The notes under the pieces are model-generated. The model saw only the letters and a program-made list of their open reading frames with translations. It had not been told where the DNA came from and ran no database searches. A program made the translations under genes and the position numbers. 64,000 bases of DNA. It comes from Iphione sp. A-MEVVRFRX5 (lineage: Eukaryota). The stretch spans positions 60,326,001 to 60,390,000 of the forward strand of contig OZ320314.1 in the NCBI GenBank assembly GCA_976226885.1, given 5' to 3'. This document shows positions 52,088 through 63,147 of the stretch, piece by piece; within the stretch, counting starts at the first letter, position 1, and each line of letters opens with the position of its first letter.

Positions 52088-52907
52088 ACATGCAAAAAAA
52101 TGTATCGTTAGCTAGGTGGGGTGACGATTCTGGGCACTTAGCATGATTCCACCTAGGACATGGGGTGGAGTTATCCTTACACTGTATGTGCTGTTTGGCA
52201 TGGCTGTCCATAAAGTGGGAGTTAATGGAGCGTTGTTTCATCTGCTGGATCCTATCTGTCTCTGTCCACATGAGCCTGTCGTTGGATGTATGCAGCCACA
52301 GTTCATAGACCCACTCCTTAATTGCGTCCCAGCTACTGGCGTGAACCTCATCAGAGGCATCCCTCAGGTGTTTAAGTATAATTTTGGTATCAACAGGGTA
52401 CACGACTGATTCATCTAACATCATAGACATTATGGCAGACACGTACTGTGGGTATGAGGCCTTTCTTATATCATTTGTGTTGGCATCTTTAAATGTAACG
52501 TACGAGGTAGGATTAGGCTTGGCTAGTCTCTTACCGACAGTTTCCAGGGCTTGAGGGTAGATTGTTGTAAAAATGTCTTTAATTTGGCCTGCTGCTTCTG
52601 CCTTGATGTGTGTCGGTGGTGGAATGGTGCTGGTGTCGTTTTCATTGTCGACCGGTGTAAGCGTCAGGGCGGCCGTTGAGGGGTTGCCCGTTGTGGCCGT
52701 TTGCTGGTCATTATGTAACCCTTTGGCGGCTGATCTGGTAACCACTGTTGACGTCCCATGTTTTCCCTTTGTTTTGCTCGTTGTGTGTTGGCCACTGGTG
52801 ATTCCATCCAAACGATCTTCAATTGATTGAATTTTGGTCAACAGCTTGGATAGGACGTCAGCGGTTTGGGTTTTTTCCCCTCCTTCAGCACCTTGGGTAT
52901 CAGGCAT
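52062..52907 (-). CDS. Gag-like ORF1 of the Ngaro element (C-terminal Cys/His knuckle split by a frameshift at a T7 run)
   Basis: 281-aa ORF upstream of and overlapping pol; CPRWNHAKC..., continuing in the -1 frame as LHVCAFC...H....C. Confidence 0.8.
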   Translation of the reverse strand: MPDTQGAEGGEKTQTADVLSKLLTKIQSIEDRLDGITSGQHTTSKTKGKHGTSTVVTRSAAKGLHNDQQTATTGNPSTAALTLTPVDNENDTSTIPPPTHIKAEAAGQIKDIFTTIYPQALETVGKRLAKPNPTSYVTFKDANTNDIRKASYPQYVSAIMSMMLDESVVYPVDTKIILKHLRDASDEVHASSWDAIKEWVYELWLHTSNDRLMWTETDRIQQMKQRSINSHFMDSHAKQHIQCKDNSTPCPRWNHAKCPESSPHLANDTFFCMFVPSATTT

Positions 52908-52930
52908 GTTGGACGTCTGCTCACCTTACC

Positions 52931-53046
52931 ATTCAAAAACCAACTGACACATTGGCCCGGCGGCGGCTGATAGGTTAACCATATGCCTAAAGGGGGCGCC
53001 ACAATCCAGCACAATACCCTGCGACTGCCTCATGCAGTAGCTCACC
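52931..53046. repeat. Split direct repeat A1 (116 bp), 5' end of the element
   Basis: Copy of 48802-48917. Confidence 0.95.
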
Positions 53047-54010
53047 AGTTTGGCCAGACCAAGACCTCTGTGTCTGGCCTTCCTTTTCATTGACATTGCC
53101 AGGGTGTTTCCATCTTAAGGCTGTATCTGTTTTGTATCGCAAGAAGTCAACCTACATATACTTTGGAATTCTACATTTGAGATGGACCCTTTCCAAATAA
53201 AACGTAGGAGGTATTATTAGGATTCAAGATGAGACCATTCAATTGGCACCATGATGTCACATCATACACCCTGAATTGAATTGTACATGTATTATCGTCT
53301 GCATAGTTATGGCCAGTTGACTCGGGAGAAAGCTCATCACAATGGAAAAGAGTTGGGGTCCCATAAACCCCTACTCGCTTGATATTTGAGCATACTGGTG
53401 GTCATTACATCTCACGTGCTGAGTCCATCCTTGCAGGTAGTAGGTGACCAAATTTACAGTCTTAGTACGAGCTCCACATGCACACAGACATTTAATTACA
53501 AGGTAACAATTTATTACATCAAAGGCTGAACTAAGGTCCAAGAAAGCTGTACCAAACGTTTGCCACTATTTGCAGCCTCATAGCACGCCTTGATTACCAC
53601 TGCTTCAACTGTGTTTGTACCACGTTCGTTGCAGAACCCATGCTGTTCCTGAACCATATGACCCGATACCTTCCAGATGCGTGGTCATTTTCTTGTGCAC
53701 ATGCCTTTCAACAACCTTACTCATACAAGGCACTATAGATACAGGTCGATAGTGCTCCTTTAGCCTGCTGGGCGGCTTCTTAGATACAGGGATTTTTCAA
53801 GCACTCAAGAAGTAGCTATGCTACAAGGACAGATTGACAATTGAGAGTACCGGATCAGAACATGCTAACAAAGTGTCCCTCAAGATCAGCATAGGTATTC
53901 CAGATATTCCCGTTGATTTGCATATATCAGGTTTTTGTACAATGCACAATAACTCCGTGGTTTTCATCAGGGGAACATTAGAAGGCGACGTGCGACCAGC
54001 TGCATTTGCC
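53047..54010 (-). mobile_element. Degenerate CR1/L2-group LINE RT region (right half of the split LINE)
   Basis: STGISGIPMLILRD, YRPVSIVPCMSKVVE, QHGF, FLDLSSAFDV, GPQLFSIVM, NYADD, W...NGLILNP with stops and frameshifts. Confidence 0.85.
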
Positions 54011-54049
54011 GTTAAGTGACCCGCATGCAAGATAAACCAGTCATTAAGA

Positions 54050-54089
54050 ATGATGGGTGAGTCAGACTTGAGTCTGACTCACCCATCAT
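54050..54089. repeat. Perfect 19-bp inverted repeat with 2-nt spacer
   Basis: ATGATGGGTGAGTCAGACT-TG-AGTCTGACTCACCCATCAT. Confidence 0.95.
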
Positions 54090-55732
54090 AACAGTTCCCC
54101 ACCCTCAAGTAGTGTGATTGGAGATGGAATCGAAGTTTTCCCTAATCCATGATGTTGGGAACTGGTTTCACATGTACATGTAGGTTTCTTATGCATATTG
54201 GGTGGCGGAGGGATAGGGAGAAAGAGGCATTAATGCCTCAATAACTGCAGGAAAAAGGATGAATTCTGTTTCCATGATGCCTTTTTAAGGGGTATCAAAA
54301 TAATTTCCCCCATACACAGGATTCCTAATGAGAAAAACGTAGAAAATTAAAACGGTCATCGAAAGTTATGGAAAAGTCAATTTGAAAAAGTGTAATAAAA
54401 AAACGTATGGTGACTAATAAATACTAAAATGGATCATGTTCACTAGAGGTGATTGGGTGTGTGTTTTTCCGAAATTCATGTGGTATAATTCTCTTCTTGA
54501 TTATTAAGATGTTTACCAATTACAGAACCCCTCTTAAAATGCTCTTTTAAACTATCTAGCAACAGACCGTTCTTTAGGAATCCTTTACCAACTGAAGCAA
54601 ATGTTCCTAATGTTATTGTATTGAGGATATCTGTTTACACATAAGCATTAAGATGTCTCAGCCCTCTAATCAAAGTAAAACTCTTCGATCTGCTCATTGT
54701 AACGGCATATATTATTATGTGGATTGAATGAGTGCAGGTATGATAGGAAGTCATTTAGTATGTAAGTTCTCAATGTGCAGTCGAATGTTGCCGTGCGACC
54801 ACACCGCAATTTGACCCAATCCCCTTTAACAAGCAGATCTGTTCAGAACTGAATTTGGAGCATATCTGTACATGTATTTAAATGCTATAAGGTGACCAGA
54901 CCATAAAGTGACCAAATCACTCTGCAACCACACATCTATAGACATATTCATATAATTGTAATGCCACAATACAGATATTTTGTAACGGAGGACCATGCCT
55001 CTCACCAATAGGTCCTACCTCCAATCTCAAAGTGCCCAGCCTGTGGAACCTGCACACATATTCCCTGCGTTAATCGCACTCTCCATATCAGCCAGTTTGG
55101 TAAGATTATGGGCACAGTCTTTCTGCACATACAGGTTAAAGAAAACGGAAAGAAAGTTACACCATATAATTTACAGTATGCTATTGTATTCAAATTTACT
55201 GCACATATGTTACCTATTTCATTTGAAAATCACCTCATCAGGGCGACATGTTAGAAAATGTAACTATTTGAATTGAATTGAAACTAGGTATGGTAGGAGC
55301 ATTGCACTTAGTTCAAAGTAGTAGTAGGATCCTCGTTTTCAAGACTTGATTAACGAATGCAGTACATATATTGTAAGCTAGACCCAAAACAATACTGGAA
55401 CAATGGAGGATAGATCTGTTTGAAAACTATTAAGTCACTATGAACAAATAACTCATATTACAGGGTTTTGGTAAAGATGAGTCTCCCAATGGAAATTAGG
55501 ATAGGAAATCACCAAAGCAGAGAGGATTGCGTCATCAGGTCACTCGACATAAGAGATGTATGTATTGAAACGTTAAGCGATATCATCTTTATTTGCAAGT
55601 GTTGGATCTGAAATATATAATTGTGAAATCTCTCCCTTTTGGCAGCTAGAAGTCACTTTAATGTAACGTAATGTTTTAAAAACTGAAAAGACTACGGGCG
55701 TGTGCAATGTAACCAGTTGCACCCAGGGGAAA

Positions 55733-55735
<3 letters not shown>

Positions 55736-55802
<67 letters not shown>
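55736..55802. repeat. (CT)n microsatellite
   Basis: Uninterrupted CT run of about 33 units. Confidence 0.98.
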
Positions 55803-55806
<4 letters not shown>

Positions 55807-57700
55807 ATCTCTCTGTGTGGTAGGGTTTCTTGACACCTCTGTTTTCAGTGGTTCCGCCTGAGTGGCCATGAAGTCCCCGGCTGTCCGCGCTCTTCTATAA
55901 GATGTGAGGAAATGCCCCAGAAATCAGGCCCATAGCCAGCGGCGTATACCCCCCACAAGAATTTAAGCCTATATCTATACATAGAGACGGTTCCCTGGTG
56001 TTTCACCTCTGGGGTACTGGGGGTATCATCCGATAACACACAAGATTTCTTGGCTACGGGCCTGTACCTTTATGTGTCTGTGTAAAAGGTAAGCACATAT
56101 GGCCCAATAAAGTAACTAATGTGGTAAAAGTATTACTTGACCTAAATGACATGGAAATATCTATACACAGCAAAGATTTAAAAATATTTAGCAGAATTCA
56201 CAAGACTAATAGGGGAAGAAAAGTAACCGTCAACCTACCATTATTTAGTTTGTTGAATTTGATCTGAAAAATGCATCCAGCTGTTAGATTATTCGTTTTT
56301 AGGATACTGAAGGAATAATAGAAATATGACTAGGAGAGAAAAGAGGCAAGAAGTGAAAGATATCTTTATCTCTAATCCAGACTGCATTATGTTACATCTT
56401 TTCGCTTATCATATCCATGTAGACACAATTATCATGTCAAAATCCTGCATTGGTATTAATATGTAATAATATATGCATAGTTCCAACTACTGTGATACAT
56501 TAATTGTATTAATATGTGGTGTCATATGTAGTGCCAATTTCTGAAGGAGGAAATTGAAAGGAAGAGTTGAAAAATGATAGTCCAATCAGTTTACTTCATG
56601 TTAGCTCAAAACTAATGGAGAGGATATTCTATGTAAGAATTCATTAATTTCTTGAATCAAATAATTTGTTAAGTGATAGTATGGTTTTAGGGGTGGGAGG
56701 GGTATCTTGCTAGAGACTCTTTGATAGGTCGGCATTCGTTTTCACACACAGCGCTCCCTTACAGCGTGATACGGTATGCAGAAACTCATGACGACCTATT
56801 GACCTCCCCTTTATGGCAGTCTTATTTAACTACCCTCACATATTAATTCTATATTCCTTTTAAAATATTTATTGAGCTATTATTTATTAAGCGTATATAT
56901 GGCAGCAGAGTAGTTCAGACTTGTGGTCGACATGCTACTGAAGAAAAGTATGAAAGAATAGGATAACCTACCTTTGTTATAAGTGGATTTCCTGGTGAAA
57001 TAACGATATGATATTACGAGTATCCAAGGAAACAAAAATAAGGAAATAACTGGCAACATTGAACAAGAAAATGGAGAATACGGCTGCGACTATGCTTACA
57101 CTGGGGGAATGTATATGATCACATCAGCAACACAGATGACAAGGCAGAATTGATGTTTGCCCCGGGTACATACACTAGGTAAGAGAGTTGATACCGAAAC
57201 ACCTGTATTAAACCAAGAAACAAGAAAAAGGAAGGAAAGGGACTCTCTGACCTCCGAATCGTCACCTAGCTGATCACAGCTGGATCCAAGTCTCTCCTGC
57301 TAGCGAAGATACTGGTCGAATCATTCGTTCAATCAGATCCAGCATAAATGAGAGAGCAGATGCGCTAAAGCTTAAAATGTGTAGGCTAACAGCAGAGATC
57401 TTGGTGAAGGTACTGCCGAATGAAGCAAACAAAATAGCGAGGGAATATGTACTAGTTACATACCGAGTAGAGCAGTGTATGGGATATATTCATGCAGAAG
57501 GGATTAACCCCTGAGGCAGTGCCTCAGTCTGCATGAGACCTCGTCTGCATGAAAATATCCCATACGAGGTATGTAACTTACTTAAACTATGGCACCCCCA
57601 ACACCCCCCCCCCCTCCCAAATTTCACAGCTTTTCCCCAACAATCTCAACTGACATTGAAGTATCACATTCAACTCTTCACTCTCACCGTAGGAGCCACC

Positions 57701-58155
57701 ATGGACGGAACTGAGTTCGATACGCCAAATTTCAAATTAGGCCTCGACATTTTGACCCAATTGGATCAAATAGAATTTCAGCATTATGCCTCCTACGAGT
57801 GTCAGAGTGAGTACACACTCTTGGAATCTCCTCCGATCATACCTACTCAACAATATTCACACATTGAACCTGAGACCTCACATTTGGATAAGAGATTTGC
57901 AGAGGTCGTTTCACAGGAGGAATTCCAGGTTCAGTTAAGTCAAAGAATTCCTACCAATAAACAGAAGTCCCCAATTTGGGCTCATAATCTCTTCAGGGAA
58001 TGGAGAACCAGGAGGAATGGAAAAATGGCATCACAGAGAGATGACAATTGACCTGTTCCCTTACTCAAAACACACAATCTACTATTACTGGATTACTGGC
58101 TTGCCAGATTCATTACAGAAATCAGGAAAAAAAAACAACGAGGATTACCCCCCAG
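57701..58155 (+). pseudogene. Crypton-like YR, 5' coding exon (stop at 58049-58051, frameshift in an A9 run)
   Basis: GCCACCATGG Kozak start; KRFAEVVSQEE...WAHNLFREWR...LDYWLARFITEIRKKNNEDYPP; GT donor at 58156. Confidence 0.82.
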
Positions 58156-58178
58156 GTAAGGACAAAATTCATCATATA

Positions 58179-58356
58179 CAGTGCAGTCTCTATTTGCGAC
58201 CGCATCGATTTCCGACCATTCTTGTTATTACGACCATCTAAGATGGGAACCAAAGTCTTGATTTCTATACATTTGATAATTAATTTACGACCAAATTCAC
58301 CATTACGACCATATGAGCTTGGAACAGAGTGGTGGTCGTAAATAGAGACTGCACTG
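58179..58356. mobile_element. Short Tc1/mariner(pogo)-type MITE
   Basis: 23-bp TIR CAGTGCAGTCTCTATTT[G/A]CGACC with 1 mismatch; TA on both sides; CGACCA-rich interior like 43732-44632. Confidence 0.88.
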
Positions 58357-58358
58357 TA

Positions 58359-59038
58359 CAGTGAAACCCCTCTACAGCAGACATCTGTGGGACTGGCCTC
58401 AAAGCGTCCGTTGTCAGGGGTGTCCGCTGTGGCCGATCAATACTCTGTATATATTTAAATACAATATAACCCATGGTCCTCCCTAAAAGTACTGAATTTG
58501 ACGAGTAAGAGTCCTCAAAGTACTGAATTTGATGAGTAGAATTCCTAGAAGTACTGAATTTGATGAGTAAAAGTCATAGAAGTGCTGAATTCAACAAGTT
58601 AGTCCTAAACACCTGAGTGTGCAGACAGAGTTGCACCTCTACCAGGTGTGGGCGACCACAAAGAAGTGGTTGGGAACAGTTCCTCCAGGGTGTCAGGACA
58701 GGGTCGCACCTCTACCAGGTGTGGGCAAAAACAAAGAAATGGTTGGGAATAGTTCCTCCAGGGTGTCGGGACAGGGTTACACCTCTGCTGGGTGTGAAGA
58801 CTCATCAAAGAAACGTCTGGAGCAGGTTCTCCAGGGTGTGTGTCCACTGTAGACCAAATCAGTGTTTGGGACTCTCCACATACTGTCCAAAGGTAGGGTG
58901 TCCACTGTCCGTGACTGTCCGCTCTGTCCGGGCTGTATTAAACATGATATAGAGGGTTTTTGTTTGGGACTGTCCTTCAGGCATCCGTTGTAGGGGTCGT
59001 CCACTGTGTCTGGGTGTCCACTGTGAGAGTCTCTACTG
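58359..59038. mobile_element. Tc1/mariner(pogo)-type MITE with two internal tandem arrays
   Basis: Imperfect TIR CAGTGAAACCCCTCTACAGCAGACA / CAGTAGAGACTCTCACAGTGGACA; TA flanks (58357-58358, 59039-59040); approx. 31-bp repeat (58486-58590) and approx. 76-bp repeat (58630-58840). Confidence 0.7.
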
Positions 59039-59144
59039 TATATTGTGTCTCACATTATGGTTGTATCCATGCATTTGAAAAAACACCAATGTCATGAACC
59101 TCAATTCCCAAATGAAATTACAGATTTTACTACAAATTAGTCAC

Positions 59145-62113
59145 ACCATTACCGCGGCCGATACTTCTGGTAGCTGTGTACAGACTGCCTGGAGACAAAG
59201 TCAAGGACACTGTCTGCGCCCTTGATAAGATGTTAAGCCAAGATAAGTTGAAGAGGGGGCATGGCTTGATAGTGCTGGGTGATTTCAATTATAACTTCCT
59301 AGACACTAGCAAAAGCAGTCAAGGCATCACCAACTTGTTGGCAGGTAAGGTGCTGTCCCAGGTTGTCAAGGACAGTACCATGGTGTTGAGTGCATCATGC
59401 TTGGATCACATCTGGACAAGCTTTGTGGTACCTGAGGGGGGCTCAATGTTAGAGTGGCTGCTGAGCGACCACCTAGCTGTGAGCATTTTGATCAAGAAAG
59501 GTATTCGCCGATGTCGTGGACCCCCTGTTAAGGTTACAGACTGGAGCAAGGCTGATGTGCCAGCTCTAGTAACTAGGGTCTGACAGAAATGCATTGACTA
59601 CAACCTGGACCATAAAGTTGCCTGGGAAAGGTTTGAGGATGTGCTGAGAGATGAACTGTTGGACATGTGCCCGAAGAAACTTCCTAAGAAGGGGGCACTG
59701 AGTTTCAGCTTGAGCGCATCAACCATGGAGCTGGTCCTTGATCAGTGCCATTATTTCAGAAAATGGAAACGCCATGGCTGTGTTGACAGTAAACGAATTT
59801 TCAAATACCTGGAATGGGAGGTTAAACGTGCTATCCTGAAGGATAAGCAGGCGGGAAACTTCGGGAAGCAGGAGGGGACTCGGGGCAGACCTGGAAGGTT
59901 CTGAACAGTGCACTTGGCTGCCTGTGTAATACTGGGCACCTACCTACCCTGAGGAAGGAGCAGCTAGGGAACAGTGTGAATCTGATGCCTTCAATGACCA
60001 CTTTGTTGGTGAGGTAGAGAATCTGGGTAGGAAGATCAGGGAACCATTGCCTACCATGTAGCGGAGTGCAATGACTTTGAACTGCAGGCACCAACCCCTC
60101 TCCAAGTATGTGAGATTGTGTCCAAGCAGTGCCTAACTAAGTATTCTGGTGTGCGGGGATACCTTCGAAGGTACTGGTACTGGTTCTACTGCATGTACCA
60201 GAGTTCCTCGCCTGGATTTTCACTATGATCCTGGTAACTGGCTGCTTCCTGGTCCAATGGAAGCTGGCTAGAGTTGACCAGATATACAAGAAAGGGGATT
60301 GTAACCTGATAGCTAACTACCGGCTTGTGTCTATCCTTCCCCTGCCTGGTAAGATCTGTGAGGGGTGGTTTGCTAAGGACATCATGCAGGCCGTGGAGAG
60401 GACAGGTGGCCTCTGTTCTGTGCAGCATGGCTTCAGGCTGAGGAGGCCGAATGAGACGGCAATAGTCGACTTGATCAGCAATGCCTTCGAATATCATAAC
60501 GCAGGCTTGTATCAGTGTCTGTTAACATCCGACCTCCGCAAGGCATTTGACCTTGTCCCTCATGCGAGTATATTGGGCAGACTAGCCTCTCTGGGCGTGG
60601 GTCCCAAGACCAAGAATGTAGTCAAGAGCTTTCTCAGTGAGTGCAAACAATTTGTCAGGTGTGGCAATGTTGATTCTGGAGGTAGGAGCCTGATATAAGG
60701 TGTTCCCCAGGGCTCAATCATTGGGCCAGGTGCATTTAGCCTGGTGATGGACAGTGTCATCCACATCCTGCCGCTCTCTTTTAAAGGCGTACTGTATGCC
60801 GACGACGAGTGTCCTAGTGGCCAAAGCATTTCCGATTGGTGTTCTCATGAAGGGCTAGCTCTTAGCCCAGAGAAATGCTGTTATATGCCAATAAGAAAGG
60901 CTTCAGGGATCCTGATGGACCTCAAAATTGGGGATGGTCCAATAAAAATGGAGATGTCTTTGAGGCTTCTGGGTTATACAGTGGATAGCCACCTGAGCTT
61001 CAATGAGACTGTTAAAGCAGTCAAAAGGTCTCTATGGGGAGCTTCTATCAAGATTGGTAGGATCAAAAAGCTACTCCCGATAGAGGCTAGGGTCTGACTT
61101 TTCCAGTCCCTGATTATGACTCACCTTCTTTACCATGCGGTGTTGTTGTTCGGGTGTGGCTCATCTAAAATTGTTGAGTTGCAGGTGCACCTTAACAGAT
61201 GCTTCCGAGTTGCAGTGCAGGTTGGTCAGTTTCTGTCAAGCTGAAAAATTGCTAGTTGTTTCGGGATACCCCAGGTTATGGACATAGTCTCAGCTAGTGG
61301 TATCTGGGCCATACACATGGAGGTGAAGTTAGGGCTGATGCCACTGCCCTGTCATTCTAGGACTAGGTGAGGAGCAGCAGACCTGTGCAAGATCCCAAAG
61401 GCTAAATCGAGCAAATTTGCTAGGAGCTGAGATTCAGTGGAGCAGTAGAATGGAACAAGCTACCGCCGAGTGTTCATAACATGCCTGTCCTGAAGGTGAC
61501 CCACACTCGTCTAATGCATCCAGTTGAAGGTGTTGGTTAGAGGCAAGTAGTCTCTTCTGTGTGCTGGTGGGGAATCTAAGTGGCAATTAGAAGGTATGGC
61601 ATTTGGATTGGATGCCTCAGTGTTTACTTTGTGCAGGTGATGCAAGTGATGCTGTTCGATGTGACTAGAGATTATTGAATGAGTGGAATGCAATAAGGGT
61701 GCTGTCTTGGCTGAGTGTGTTAGGTGTATAGGTAAAACGAGGATGGATGAGTGCAACAGTGTGTTACGACATAAGGAACAGGCATGATAGAGAGAGCTGA
61801 TGGAGAGTGTATGTGTGGTTAGAAAGGAACAAATGGGATGTTACGGTATTGATTCGACAGATGCGGTGTGTGATGAGGACAATGTGTTTGTTTGTACAGA
61901 AGTTTGAGGGGTCAGTGCTGTCCGATGAAGCTGTATCCTGCTTAGCCAGTTTGATTTTGTAATGATTAATATGAACTATAAATCTCTAACTGTCTTTTTT
62001 GTAAATACCTCAATCACTTTTGATAAATGTATAAAAGGTGTCCTTCATATTAATCTGGGAAAGCTCACTGTATGTGATAACAATTAATACATGTAAATGA
62101 CTTTGACTTTGAC
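59145..62113 (+). mobile_element. 5'-truncated, degenerate CR1/L2-group LINE (APE + RT + 3' region)
   Basis: APE: VYRLP, VLGDFN, CLDHIW, LSDH; RT: NYRLVSILP, QHGF, DLRKAFDLV, GVPQGSIIGP, LYADD, WNKLP; ends in a (TGACTT)n tail near 62097-62113; many stops and frameshifts. Confidence 0.88.
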
Positions 62114-62124
62114 TATATAACCAG

Positions 62125-63147
62125 GCACCTTAACAAATATAGCGGCTGGATTGCAAAGGTGCATGTGGGATCATCTCCACCGAGCAGATATTTGGTTGCT
62201 CAAGAAGGATGATCCCAATTTCAAGATGCTCAGAGACACCCTTGACATCTGTCGCAAGGTGCTGATTTGCCAAGATTGCCAATGAGCAGACCCAGTCACT
62301 GTTGATGATGAAGCTACCTTGTTGGAAACTGGGACAATTGGTGATCAGAATGCCCAGTCACTCTTTTTGGGGGTTTATTTTTTACAACTGTAAGGTGTTC
62401 AGGTTTAGGGCGAAAGATAGATGTACATTCGCACAATATAATGGATGTTTAGCAAAAACCGTCATGGGCAAATTGAACTGTAAGGTTGCTCCTCGTGTGG
62501 TCAAACAATATGCTCAGCCCACAACCCACAATGCCTTGTCAAATTATTCAGGAAGTATCTTAACACTATTCCTGGAAAAGGTCAATTTTATAAGCATCCT
62601 CTGCTTAATGTCAACAATACCTTTGCATTCAGCAGTCAAAATGTGGGCCTTAACAAACTGAGCTCATAGGAAAGACATGTTTCAGATGGCTGGAATCTCC
62701 ACAGAAGGACAGAATATTACGGGACACAGTGGAAAAGTAACATGCTGTACAAGGTTGTATGAGGACGATTTCGATGAACAAGCGATTACCTCCAGAAGTG
62801 GTCACAGGTCCAATGCTGCTCGTGTCTACAAAAGACCCTCCATTGAGCTGCAACAACAGATAAGTGATTCACTTCAACCCCCTCCACCAAAACAACCCTC
62901 CCTCATGTCCAATATTGATCAGACCATTTCTTATGCAAACACAATCAATTTTCCTCCCAAACAACCTTCTCCCATTCCCACTTCAGAAAACAATGTTGTT
63001 CCTGTGACACATGCTACTGGCACTGAATTATCCCAGGAAGAGTTCAAAGCTCTCGTAAACTGCAATGTTTTCACAATGCTTGTTCCTGACTATGTAACCC
63101 AGGTGGCCTTGGTCAAAAATGGAAAGAAAGTCCTAGTTGAATTGTAA
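62125..63147 (+). pseudogene. Crypton-like YR, 3' coding exon (several lesions)
   Basis: CAG acceptor phase-compatible with 58155; GTLTNIAAGLQR, DDPNF..LRDTLD, ADPVTVDDE, FYNCKVF, CLVKLFRKYL, TGHSGKVTCCTRLY, SGHRSN...YKR. Confidence 0.85.

Larger units (their letters stand above)
48356..53046 (-). mobile_element. Ngaro-type (DIRS order) tyrosine-recombinase retrotransposon, full length
   Basis: Split direct repeats A1 (52931-53046), B1 (48918-49104), A2 (48802-48917), B2 (48356-48542) around gag, RT/RNaseH and YR ORFs; no TSD. Confidence 0.93.

Noticed and set aside
49312-52830. Plus-strand ORFs within the Ngaro element (49312-49650, 50658-51155, 52143-52409 and others)
   Set aside because: Antisense shadows of the real minus-strand ORFs
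56900-57450. Patchy coding-like sequence upstream of the second Crypton
   Set aside because: Multiple stops in all frames and no identifiable motif
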